DNA of 64,000 nucleotides, taken from the sequence record NC_047995.1; one strand, 5' to 3'. A model generated the notes under the pieces. That model was not told where the DNA came from. It ran no database searches and saw only the letters and a program-made list of their open reading frames with translations. Position 1 is the first letter of the stretch. Each line of letters opens with the position of its first letter. Made by a program: the position numbers and the translations under genes. Positions 7,648 through 17,600 of this stretch are shown here, piece by piece.

Positions 7648-9666
7648 TTATTCAAATACCACGTTGGTGATTGCGATGTAGTCCATGTTGATGCCGTCAC
7701 CTCTATCCCATCCAGAACTAACATACAACCAAATCTCTTCACCGATCGCTACGTTAACAGGGATGGTGAATGTTTGAATCGAAGTGTTGTTCAGTGGGTG
7801 GAAGACAGCTCCTGGATTAGAACGCTCATACCAATCAAGGCCGCTATGCCAAGAACCCTGTCTACCTGAATAGCGAATATCAACAGTGATCTGAGTGATA
7901 CGACGCGTGAAGAAGTTGTTCCACTTGAACCAACCTTTCGAGCCGCCCCAGAGTACACCGTAGTCACCATCAGGAGAACGCACTTGCGACCAGAAGTCAC
8001 CGAAGCCACGGCCACCAGTATGCTCAATCTGATAGCAGTACCAAGGGAAGCTGTCAGCAACAGGCGGCTGCGCGTTATCGCCTTCAATCGTCACACAACG
8101 ATAAGGAACGGTGAAGTCACTCACGTTGATATGTGGCGGTTGAATCGGGCAGTACACATAGTACGACCAATCACATCCGATAGGCGCCGTCACTCGCACT
8201 GTGATGTTAGAGCGCAGCACATGCTCAGGGTATTTCCAAAATTCCAGTGTGCCAGTACGACCTGCAACAACGATTGACGTATCAAGCAGGTTCATGTTCT
8301 GGTCGAACACTTCGAACTTGGTATCAAAGGAGTTCGCTACGCAAACAATAAGCTCGGCGCGAATATCCGTTTGAGTTCCTAAGGCAAAATTATCTTCTGT
8401 TGTTGGGTGACCGGCAGAGTAGACGCTATAACTCTGACAAGGGTGCATGTATTCACGCGCACCACGTTCGCCAGGGCAATACAGGCTGTAGAAGCAACTC
8501 GCCAGTGATGCAGCATTACCGAAGTCTTTACTGACTACGCGCACCATGATATCACACGCGACGTTTTGCGGGTCGAAGTAGAAGTACAGGTAACCTTCGC
8601 CCGTCTTCGCGTCCAACGTTGTCGCAATGCGTCGGCCTGACTGATACACCTCGATGAAGTCAAACGTTTCCCATGAGGTATAGTCGAGATACATCCAGCC
8701 CGCAGTCCAACCAACGAAGTGATAGTATTCGAAGGCTGAGGAGTTCTGAATGCGCTCGGTAATAGGCCAGACAGTAGCGTGACACGGTGCAGGGAAGATT
8801 GGGCTACCGATGTAATCAGGATGAATAACGTCAGGGAAGTTGATAACGTCATATGCAGCCTGGCTGTCGAGAGCCAACCCACCACGGTCAGACGGTGCAG
8901 CAAGACGAGGCGGATAGACTTCTAAGCTCCAGCCGTAACCCTGTGTTGTACGCACACGTACCATGATACGCATGTCAGCAGCGTCAGGGTCGAACTGGAA
9001 TTTGATACGTGACCGACCAACTACTTTACCGCACGTCGAAGCAACACGCACACCCATGTGATACACGTCAACGCTCGCACCAGCAGGAGCATACGACGCA
9101 ATCATCAGCTCAACGTAGCCCTCAATAGCAGGCATTGCATAGATTGTTTCTGTGACTGTAGCACCGCGGCCATGTACTGAGGCATACGGAACGTTAGGGT
9201 TAGCGTATGTGCCAAGCCCTGAACGCGAGGCCACGCCGACAGGGTCGTAGGTCTCAATAGTTTTAATACCAGGGCGATTGATAGATCTGCCAGTAGGTGG
9301 AGCAAATGAGTTAATAAGGCCGAACCCAGTGCGCCCAGCATCAGGCAAATCAAACCCAGCAGGATAGCCTTTAAGAATATCATATTTCTCTCTGCCACCG
9401 GAGCCGATACCGTTGCCAGAGCCTTTGGTTGTCGATGTAGGACCGCCACCACACGCACCTGTTTCGAGGTTCGAACAAGGGTCATCGTAAGTGGGATCGA
9501 ACGAGTCATCAATTAGATGCCAGCGCTGACCCCACTGATTACGAACGCTGAACTTCTCAGGAGTAAGAGGAGTCCAGTCACCTTCTTGTGTGCGTATGAA
9601 CATAGGCGTGTCAACACAATCGTGCCAACCGTTATTCGCAGCATTACGAACGCGAAAACGTGCCAC
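7648..9666 (-). CDS. Virion fibre-associated protein with three tandem beta-sandwich repeats (672 aa)
   Basis: Three repeats of about 90-110 aa containing VDVY/IEVY/FEVF and ending MVRV/MVRV/TVRV; in the fibre cluster. Confidence 0.65.
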   Translation of the reverse strand: MARFRVRNAANNGWHDCVDTPMFIRTQEGDWTPLTPEKFSVRNQWGQRWHLIDDSFDPTYDDPCSNLETGACGGGPTSTTKGSGNGIGSGGREKYDILKGYPAGFDLPDAGRTGFGLINSFAPPTGRSINRPGIKTIETYDPVGVASRSGLGTYANPNVPYASVHGRGATVTETIYAMPAIEGYVELMIASYAPAGASVDVYHMGVRVASTCGKVVGRSRIKFQFDPDAADMRIMVRVRTTQGYGWSLEVYPPRLAAPSDRGGLALDSQAAYDVINFPDVIHPDYIGSPIFPAPCHATVWPITERIQNSSAFEYYHFVGWTAGWMYLDYTSWETFDFIEVYQSGRRIATTLDAKTGEGYLYFYFDPQNVACDIMVRVVSKDFGNAASLASCFYSLYCPGERGAREYMHPCQSYSVYSAGHPTTEDNFALGTQTDIRAELIVCVANSFDTKFEVFDQNMNLLDTSIVVAGRTGTLEFWKYPEHVLRSNITVRVTAPIGCDWSYYVYCPIQPPHINVSDFTVPYRCVTIEGDNAQPPVADSFPWYCYQIEHTGGRGFGDFWSQVRSPDGDYGVLWGGSKGWFKWNNFFTRRITQITVDIRYSGRQGSWHSGLDWYERSNPGAVFHPLNNTSIQTFTIPVNVAIGEEIWLYVSSGWDRGDGINMDYIAITNVVFE

Positions 9667-9675
9667 ATGTTCTCC

Positions 9676-10167
9676 TTATGGGCGAACCCAGATAGCACCA
9701 GCAGCAATTTCCTGATCGATAGCAGGATCGGTGTCTTGTACAAACACCATCACTGTACCGGGATTGCCGGGAGCACCAGTAGGACCAATAGGACCCGTCG
9801 GGCCCGCAGGACCGCGATTACCCACGTAGCCTTGCTTACCCTGATTGCCGTCAGTACCACGAGGACCCGGGCAACCATCAGTACCACGACGACCATCACC
9901 GCCCATCAGACCATCAAGACCATCACGACCTGAAGGACCTACGCCACCAGCAGGACCGTAGCCGATACTGTGAATCGTAGGCAGCCCTGAGATCTGGAGT
10001 TTACCGAAGGTGGGAATGTTGATAGCAAGCACACCAGTCTGCTGGTCGAATGAACCGTTAAGAGTGCTGTCATCTTCTGTCGTATCGACGACTAAGCCGC
10101 CTTGGGTAGCTAGTACAGGACCAGATGCGTTGGTCTTGACTAGCGCAATATCAACTTTTTCTACCAT
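9676..10167 (-). CDS. Collagen-like fibre protein C (163 aa, about 22 Gly-X-Y triplets)
   Basis: Gly-X-Y run; FDQQTGVL..GLPT motif; C-terminal GAIWVRP. Confidence 0.85.
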   Translation of the reverse strand: MVEKVDIALVKTNASGPVLATQGGLVVDTTEDDSTLNGSFDQQTGVLAINIPTFGKLQISGLPTIHSIGYGPAGGVGPSGRDGLDGLMGGDGRRGTDGCPGPRGTDGNQGKQGYVGNRGPAGPTGPIGPTGAPGNPGTVMVFVQDTDPAIDQEIAAGAIWVRP

Positions 10168-10176
10168 GATTACTCC

Positions 10177-10809
10177 TTACGGCCAGGTAGTGCCTTGATC
10201 TTTAGTAGGGTCAACCCAGATTGTACCAGCAGCAACAGCGCCAGGCTGAGTAGCACTAACGATGATAGACAGACGACCAGCAGGACCAGCAGCACCTGTT
10301 GCACCAGTAGGGCCTGTAGCTCCAGTCTTGCCTGTAGGGCCTGTGCCGCCACGAGGTCCAGTAGGGCCCGTAGGTCCCATAGGTCCAGTACGACCGTCAG
10401 GTCCAGTAGGTCCGACAGGGCCGGGTAGACCATCACGACCATCAGGTCCTGGGATACCTTGCTCACCATCGGGCCCTACGTTACCGTCACACCCAGGTTC
10501 ACCCGGATTCCCATCGCGACCATCACGTCCGTCTTTACCATCAGCGCCCGTCTCACCTCTGCCCCCTTGACGGCCTTCAGGGATATCAGAAGCAGTAGGG
10601 AAGCCATTCACTTTGACAGTCTGACCGTTAGCGAACTTGAGCGTCAAGATACCGCTAGTGGCATCGAACGAGGAGTCGCCTGTCAGCTCGGAAGGTACAT
10701 CAGCATCAGCAGGACTGACTGTAAGAGTTCCCTTAGAAGCACGAACAGCGGTCGGCGTAGAGGACGAGCCTGCTTGAATGAGGCCGGTACTTACTTTAAT
10801 CAGACTCAT
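10177..10809 (-). CDS. Collagen-like fibre protein B (210 aa, about 34 Gly-X-Y triplets)
   Basis: Gly-X-Y run; [12 protein letters not shown] motif; C-terminal GTIWVDP. Confidence 0.85.
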   Translation of the reverse strand: MSLIKVSTGLIQAGSSSTPTAVRASKGTLTVSPADADVPSELTGDSSFDATSGILTLKFANGQTVKVNGFPTASDIPEGRQGGRGETGADGKDGRDGRDGNPGEPGCDGNVGPDGEQGIPGPDGRDGLPGPVGPTGPDGRTGPMGPTGPTGPRGGTGPTGKTGATGPTGATGAAGPAGRLSIIVSATQPGAVAAGTIWVDPTKDQGTTWP

Positions 10810-12251
10810 TACTTTTTCTCCGCTTTTGCAACGATATCCGTGTTATGCACAAGCACATCTCCGACGAAGTAGCAGTCGAATGGGTCAACGTCAATATCGA
10901 CCGTCTGCACATTATCGTCAACGCGGCGCATCTCGTAGACAGAGACAGGACCGTTGCGGCCTAGAACAGTTTGACCAGCTTGTACATCACGCGCAGGAAC
11001 ATAGCGCCACGCAGTATCGTCGTAAATCAAAACAGGGTGTTCGTGCGTGAACTTCTGTCCGTTGATAACATAGAAGTGGTCCTCTTGACCGCGAACCAAC
11101 GCTTTAACAGTTGCGTACACAGTTGTGCCTTTGAGGCTAGGCGAAGACCAACGTCTGAACTCTTTAGGCTGATTCGAATAGCCAAGAATAGCATCGCCAA
11201 CGCGAAGTTCTTCTACAGTCTTCGGACCAACGAGAGTCTCAACAACGGAACCAAACACGATACAGCCAGATGTTGCAGTGTTGACAGGGTTACGCGCAAC
11301 GACAGTCAACGCAGAACGCGCTGTAGCTGTAGGACGCGATGTTTGTCCCATGTCAGTTACGACGCAGGTGATGGTGCCTTTGATAATACGATCAGCACCA
11401 AGACCAAGCCGCAGGTAGAAGTTAACAATGCAGGTGTTTGTCTCTGTAGCTTCGAGAGTTACACCTTCTGTGGTAGTGACTGTCCATTTATACTTATATG
11501 GACCGACACCGCCACGCGCATTGACAGGTAGATATGCCAGTGACGTAAACACATCAGAGCCTTGCACTGTACGTTGACCTACCAGGTACAGACTCGACAC
11601 TGACGCAGCAAGAGGTGATATTGTAGGAAGCGGTGGTGCTGGCGTAACGTTCGTCGTAGGGTATAACCACACGAACACTTTACTATCCAGAGGTTGAACA
11701 GACGATAGCACTGCTGTAGTGATTGGCGCTGGGCCGGTTGCACCCGTAGCACCTGCGATACAGCTTGGACCGTCATTGCCCCGCGGGCCGATTGGACCTG
11801 TAGGGCCTGTATTACCGTCAGGGCCTGTAGGACCATCGGGTCCCATACGACCCGTATCGCCGTCAGGACCATCTTCGCCGTCTCGGCCAGGGTCTCCGAC
11901 AGGACCTGTCTTACCTCTGTTACCCACACCGCCAGGACAACCAACGCGACCAGTTTCTCCATCACGACCGTTTCGCCCGTCACGACCAGGAGAGCCTGGA
12001 GCGCCTCGACGCCCAGACTTACCTTCACCGAACATGGAAACAGTCGGAAGCCCAGGGACGTTTAGCACCTCCCCGTTCTTCTTGATGAAAACCAATACAC
12101 CTGTCTTGCTGTTAAATCTTACGCTGGCGAGCTGTGTCAGTGTTGCCACATCAGAGGCTTCGAATTTAACACCTCCGTCAACTCCGACTAAGGATTTACC
12201 TTCATCGTTCTGCGTTGTTTCGACTTGCGAAAGTTTTAACAGTGTTGTCAT
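10809..12251 (-). CDS. Collagen-like fibre protein A with a C-terminal Hint (intein-like) domain (480 aa)
   Basis: 29 Gly-X-Y triplets, an interruption, then 3 more; a beta-rich domain; then a Hint domain. Confidence 0.85.
   Translation of the reverse strand: MTTLLKLSQVETTQNDEGKSLVGVDGGVKFEASDVATLTQLASVRFNSKTGVLVFIKKNGEVLNVPGLPTVSMFGEGKSGRRGAPGSPGRDGRNGRDGETGRVGCPGGVGNRGKTGPVGDPGRDGEDGPDGDTGRMGPDGPTGPDGNTGPTGPIGPRGNDGPSCIAGATGATGPAPITTAVLSSVQPLDSKVFVWLYPTTNVTPAPPLPTISPLAASVSSLYLVGQRTVQGSDVFTSLAYLPVNARGGVGPYKYKWTVTTTEGVTLEATETNTCIVNFYLRLGLGADRIIKGTITCVVTDMGQTSRPTATARSALTVVARNPVNTATSGCIVFGSVVETLVGPKTVEELRVGDAILGYSNQPKEFRRWSSPSLKGTTVYATVKALVRGQEDHFYVINGQKFTHEHPVLIYDDTAWRYVPARDVQAGQTVLGRNGPVSVYEMRRVDDNVQTVDIDVDPFDCYFVGDVLVHNTDIVAKAEKK
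10842..11264 (-). other. Hint autoprocessing domain (141 aa, no endonuclease)
   Basis: Block A CIVFGSVV (Cys1), block B THEHP (TxxH), block [14 protein letters not shown], terminal VHN followed by Thr+1. Confidence 0.85.
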
Positions 12252-14587
12252 TTCGGTTCAACCTTAATGCACAAGTTACCAGTCAGCTTCGAACCGTAGC
12301 TAGTGATCTGCGAATCGGTGATACGCACCTTAGCAACGATATCAATGAAGCCTTGTGGTTGGTTCTCTTTCAGCACCGTGAACATCTGCGTCAGGCTTAC
12401 GTTAGAGTACGCAATTACTTCTGTCAGACTAGCATCGGAAGTAACAACGTTGAACCCTGCGCTGCCTGTGCCTTTCAGTCCACGCCCGTATTCAGCTTCT
12501 GCTGTACCCGGCATCTTGAACGAGAGCACGTACTCGATGTGTTCCTTACCGCTGGTGGCCGCGAAGCCTGGACCCAGTTGACACTGGAAGTCAGCGATAC
12601 AGGTCAGCATCACACCCTTAGAGAAGTCTATACGTTGAACGATGGTCAGTTCTTCCGAATCTGTGACATTCTGTTGGATGTTGTACATGTTCTTCGGGTC
12701 AGCTTCTTCGGCGAGTGCCTGTGTGTTGCTGATCGTAATCTCAGGCCAAGTGCCTTTAATCACAATACCTTCACCCTGAATGATAGCAGGAGCAGCAATA
12801 GGCACGTCAATCGGAGGCAGACCTTGACGCTTGAACATGTAACCTGTTGGCGTAGGGATAGCGTCGATGATAACACCATCAACTGAACTATCTTTTGAGC
12901 CGACTGCCATGACGTTCTCGAAGATGGTTACTTCAATGAGTGTGTCTGCAGGAATAGGCGACGTTGTTTTTAACGAGTTACCAGCCACTGTGAAGTCAAG
13001 CGGGTGTACAGTCAGACCGCCCATCGCCATAACGCAGTGCGCTTTATTTAGTGGCGTAGTAGGCAGAATAAATGTATCAGCATCATAAGGCAGGCGATAC
13101 TGAGCAACACGAATACGAGTAGACCAGTTGGCTCGTTCTTCATAGCGGGCCACATAGAATGAATACTTCTGACCAGATGGAATTGCTTCGGTCAGCGTTA
13201 CCTTGTTACCTGCATTCAGCTTATAGACCGTAGTAGGCTGCCAAGTTGAACCGACGACGCAGAAGATCATGTCCACGCTATCAATCGGTTTGCTGCCTAA
13301 GCTGAACGTTGCTGTCTGTCCATCGCCAGTGCCTTCGTAGACTTCAAACAACACAACGTGGCCTTGAGAAGGCTCAACGCGGAACTGCCTGAGGTCAAGC
13401 GATAGACGCTGTTCAGGGAACGACGAGAGCAGGAGCTGATCATCCACAACGCTGTATGCAGTACGAGGCTGCAAGACACCAGACGTGCCGACTAACAGAT
13501 CAGTCGAGCTATCAAGAATCTCGGACAGCGCATAGCGCATCTTATCAGGCGTCGCAGTTGTCACGACAGAACTAAACAGCATCTTGCCCGGAGGCACGAA
13601 CAACGAGGCTGTAGTCTGGCGCGCTGAGCCGCCAACAGGTGCCCAGTAAGGCTTAGCGTCTTTGCCTCGCATCAGCGCCCATGTATCAGGCACATCGTTC
13701 TGATCGGGCCAAGGCAGACCAGCAGTCGGAGTCGTCGGGTTAGTGATTCGACGCCATACTGCAATCGTAGTCTGCGCTGAGATGAACGGGATAGGTCCAT
13801 CTTGGTTGACAAGTTGACCGCCAACGAATTTGAAGTGACGACACGCACCAGCGCCAGTACCAGCAATCGTCTGAATCAGCACAACCTCATTCGCTTTCAA
13901 CGTACCCGCGAGGCTGGCGATCTTAAACGTGTTGGCGTTGATGAATCCAGCAGTCGTAATCTGGCCGCTGAACAAACGGTCATGCTCGCTGAATGCCCAG
14001 TAATATGAGCCAGCGCCATAACGATACGCAACGCCAGGAGACTTGGAACCATCAGAGTTAACGTGCATATCAAGAACCGATACGGCGTTGAACACGTTGT
14101 CTTTCAGGCTCGGTAAGTTCTCAAGCGTAGCCACACTCGGGATAGAGGTGTAGTCTGCCATTTTAACAGCAAGAATCTTTTGAATGTCCTGCTGGATATG
14201 TACGAGCAAGCTCACGCGATTGATAGAGTTCGGTACAGCGATGATAGGCTCTTCAAGGACAACGTGACCGAAAGGTCTGTTATCAGAGAGCATGATCAAC
14301 AGCTCACCCACACGCTTCATCTGTTCGCCAGCGACGTAGTTGATTTTGATATCGAATACAAATCGGGCACTGTTCTCGGTAAGTACCTGAACGTATGACA
14401 GGGCGCCCGACGCAAGCTCGTTGCCAAGTAACTGCTCTGGAACCACTGATGGGTTTGAGCCTACAAAGTCACCTGCTTTAAACGACACTGGTTGAACTGC
14501 AAGTCCACCAGAGTTAGCGTTCGCAACGGCCTGTTCTCCCTGAGGCGTTAGACGCAATGCGTCAACGTAGATAGATTCAGTGGCCAT
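12248..14587 (-). CDS. Tail-collar/fibre-attachment baseplate protein (about 779 aa)
   Basis: N-terminus LRLTPQGEQAVANA..FKAGD..VGEL resembles phage tail-collar fibre N-terminal domains; ATG at 14587 with AAGGAG RBS. Confidence 0.6.
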   Translation of the reverse strand: MATESIYVDALRLTPQGEQAVANANSGGLAVQPVSFKAGDFVGSNPSVVPEQLLGNELASGALSYVQVLTENSARFVFDIKINYVAGEQMKRVGELLIMLSDNRPFGHVVLEEPIIAVPNSINRVSLLVHIQQDIQKILAVKMADYTSIPSVATLENLPSLKDNVFNAVSVLDMHVNSDGSKSPGVAYRYGAGSYYWAFSEHDRLFSGQITTAGFINANTFKIASLAGTLKANEVVLIQTIAGTGAGACRHFKFVGGQLVNQDGPIPFISAQTTIAVWRRITNPTTPTAGLPWPDQNDVPDTWALMRGKDAKPYWAPVGGSARQTTASLFVPPGKMLFSSVVTTATPDKMRYALSEILDSSTDLLVGTSGVLQPRTAYSVVDDQLLLSSFPEQRLSLDLRQFRVEPSQGHVVLFEVYEGTGDGQTATFSLGSKPIDSVDMIFCVVGSTWQPTTVYKLNAGNKVTLTEAIPSGQKYSFYVARYEERANWSTRIRVAQYRLPYDADTFILPTTPLNKAHCVMAMGGLTVHPLDFTVAGNSLKTTSPIPADTLIEVTIFENVMAVGSKDSSVDGVIIDAIPTPTGYMFKRQGLPPIDVPIAAPAIIQGEGIVIKGTWPEITISNTQALAEEADPKNMYNIQQNVTDSEELTIVQRIDFSKGVMLTCIADFQCQLGPGFAATSGKEHIEYVLSFKMPGTAEAEYGRGLKGTGSAGFNVVTSDASLTEVIAYSNVSLTQMFTVLKENQPQGFIDIVAKVRITDSQITSYGSKLTGNLCIKVEPK

Positions 14588-14616
14588 CAAAGAACTCCTT
14601 GGGTTTTAACTGTTCT

Positions 14617-14624
14617 AAATTAGC
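14617..14624 (-). promoter_or_regulatory. Putative late promoter GCTAATTT
   Basis: Just downstream of a terminator, 30 nt before the ATG at 14587. Confidence 0.65.
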
Positions 14625-14631
14625 GTAAATG

Positions 14632-14666
14632 AAAAAGGGAGCCAGGAACAAGCGCTCCAGACTCCC
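14632..14666 (-). terminator. Intrinsic terminator
   Basis: GGGAG...CTCCC stem followed by TTTTT on the minus strand, after the 14673 stop. Confidence 0.7.
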
Positions 14667-14672
14667 TTTATT

Positions 14673-17600
14673 TTACTGATAGCGCACTGTGATTACGGCC
14701 GTACCGAACGCACGGGCATTGGTGCGATAGATCAAGACGTTCTCTGTCAGGTTATCGTAAACAATCTTACCGACGATAGGTCCTTTCTTACCGTTGTCTC
14801 CAGTGACAGGCCACTGAGCGCCATCGAACCCGAGCCACCCTTTGTTTACTGCGCCTGTTCCATCTGCGGCTGCTGCAAAGACAGCTTGACCGTAAGACTG
14901 TCTGACAACGAAGTAACCGTATTCGTCTGTCTTGGTAGACAACACGAACTGGCCACCATTGTTCGAACGCAAGCGAGTAGTCAACTGCGCCATAGCGATA
15001 CTCACACCAGTAATACCGAACGGTGCAATACCGAAGCGCGGGTATGAGGACATAGCCTTCATGAAGTGCGTTTGCTGTAGACGCTGAGAGCCTTCGGTGT
15101 AGAGAGCTTTCACACCAAATTCAGTGTCGTTCAACAACAGGCCGATAGTCAGGCGTCCAGTAGAAGCATTGATTGATATGCCTTGCACGTCAACCACATC
15201 GCCCTTGCTGTTCGTAATCTGCCACAGGCACTTAGCACTCACATCCTCTTTGACAAACGTACCAGTACGACCAAGCAGTGCATTCATCTGCATAGAGCTA
15301 TCGTCACGCACATTGGTGTAACCACCGACTGTAAGGTCTTGGGGGAAGCCAGTGCCAGGACAAGTAATCTCTTGCACCAAACTGATTTCAGTACGCTGTT
15401 CGGTAATGATACATTCCACCTTAACAGTCTGCGGGTCTTTCGATGCAGGGAAACGGAACGTACCGTCTTGACCCAGCGTGAAGCCACTAACAGACTGAAT
15501 GACATTCCATTTAAACTTCACGGAGTTGGCATCAGGTATAGACGATGAACCACCAGCACCAGAACGACGCTCGTAGTAGGCAATGAAACGATAGTCCGTA
15601 TTAGGGTTGATGTTGCCTGCAGGATTCTCGATATAGCCGTTGAGAATCGTGTTCTGCGTTTGCAACTGAATGGTACGCGTACCAGTGATTGTCTCGTCTG
15701 CGAGTGACAGAGGATTCTGCTTAGTGAATACAGCGCGAAGTCCAATCTGACCATCAGAGAGTTGCGACTGACCGATAAACAGGTGACCATTGAGCGGGTC
15801 AATAGACACACCGTCCACGTTTGTCTCGTCACCAATCGACCACAGTGCATCAGTAGAGAGGAACTCGTCGTCAGGGTCGATGATAACACGCAGCGAGTAA
15901 GGCACGTACCAGCGTCCGTTCTCATAACCGATAGTAGGGTTACGATCAGACACGTCCCAAACAATATCAGGGCCCACGATACCAATCTGTCTCAGGTACG
16001 TGTTGGCCTGCACGAGGAACACCAGCAGCGTCTTCTCAATCTGATACTGGTCGCATGTGTAACGCGCACGAATGAGTACAGCACCGTTCGTGTTCTGGCT
16101 AGGCGTCAGAGAACCTTCGGCGTCAATCTCCGCAACAATATCAGTCGTAGGCATGAGCACCTGCGTATTGTTCGGTCCATCCTGCGTGTAGTAGTTCTGC
16201 ACCACTGCCCACTCAGAATCAACTTCGAGATCAAACGTCTTAGGCGTTTCTTCGGCATACGAACCATCAAGCGTTCGCATCACACCGCCAGTCTTGTACG
16301 TGTTGACCAACGTATAGGACTCGGACAGCACACCAGCAGAGATTTGCGTTGCACCTTCGATACGACTGTTGACGATGTTGTTCACGCTTTGCTTAGGTGC
16401 GGGCGAAACAATCATGTCGATCTTGTTGCTCACACGGAAGAACGAGGCAATGACCTGCGTATACGTGTCATAGTCATACAGGATTTTGCCTGTCTGGAGA
16501 ATCGCACCGTCGTAGTACGCTTTGTCCAGGTCAGCGAGACTACCAATCGCATTGAACATAGGCAGCTTACTGACGTCCATTGCGCGGAAGTCTTTGTAGT
16601 CAGAAGGAGTGCGTCCTTCAATGATTTCCACGATAGACATACCAGAGTAACGTGCAGGACTGAACTGCAAGAACTGATATTCGTCAGTGTCTTTGTCAGG
16701 CCAGTTACCTGTCCACTCGGCCGCAGTCACATATTCCTGTGAGCCATCTACATAGGTCGCAAGCAGACGGACGAACGTGCGTGATTTCTCGTACATGGTG
16801 TCTGGACATTCAATCGTAATGCTGTCCACCAGCGAGCGCGTAGGGATAAGCTGTAGGTCACGATAGTTTGTGAGCTTGGTGCCCTCGAACTCATACGTCA
16901 TGTTGATACGCGCAGAACCATGCAGGTCGCCCTGATAGTACAGCACATATTCTTTGACGCTACGTTTCATCACAGGGTCAAACACGTCAATCGACGAGAA
17001 GCTAACGTTCAACGTAACCCAACGAGCATAGTCAGGATGGTCGGGGTCGAATTGACTTGGGTCCTGTCCTTGCTCCACTGCCTGTTGTTGCAATCGGATT
17101 GTACGCTGGCGCGCTTCTTCCTTTGCACTATCTGACGGAATGTATTCAACCGTAACAGAGCCAGCAGCCGCGTAAGACAGACCGTTGTTCCACAGACACA
17201 TGACAGGCAGCATCAGCGAGGAGCCGCTACTGATAGTCGGAGAGCTACGCAGGTCAACCGACTTAGGTATCATGATCGTGTCATTAACCATAATGATACG
17301 GTTGAACGTTACAGCCGTGCTCCCATCAATGTACGAGAAGTTAAGCGCGTATGGAACTGCGTCGCCTGACACCAGAGGTGCTTCAAACTCTCCAGTCTGC
17401 TGGTCAACACGAGGCAATGCTATAACGTTAGTCGCAGTGTCTTGACTACTGAACCAGATACCAAATACTTCGGTGTACGCTACGACAATCGCAGGGTCAC
17501 GCGCAGCAATCTGGGCGGCAGTAGCAGAGGCCAGCACGTAAAGAGCCATAGCACGAGGACGAATGATCTCACGCTCAACAACTGTCTCAGGAACAACGAG

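Noticed and set aside
3872-12267. Plus-strand Pro/Val/Gly-rich ORFs (3872..4282, 10262..10570, 11719..12267)
   Set aside because: Antisense shadows of Gly-X-Y codons in the collagen genes
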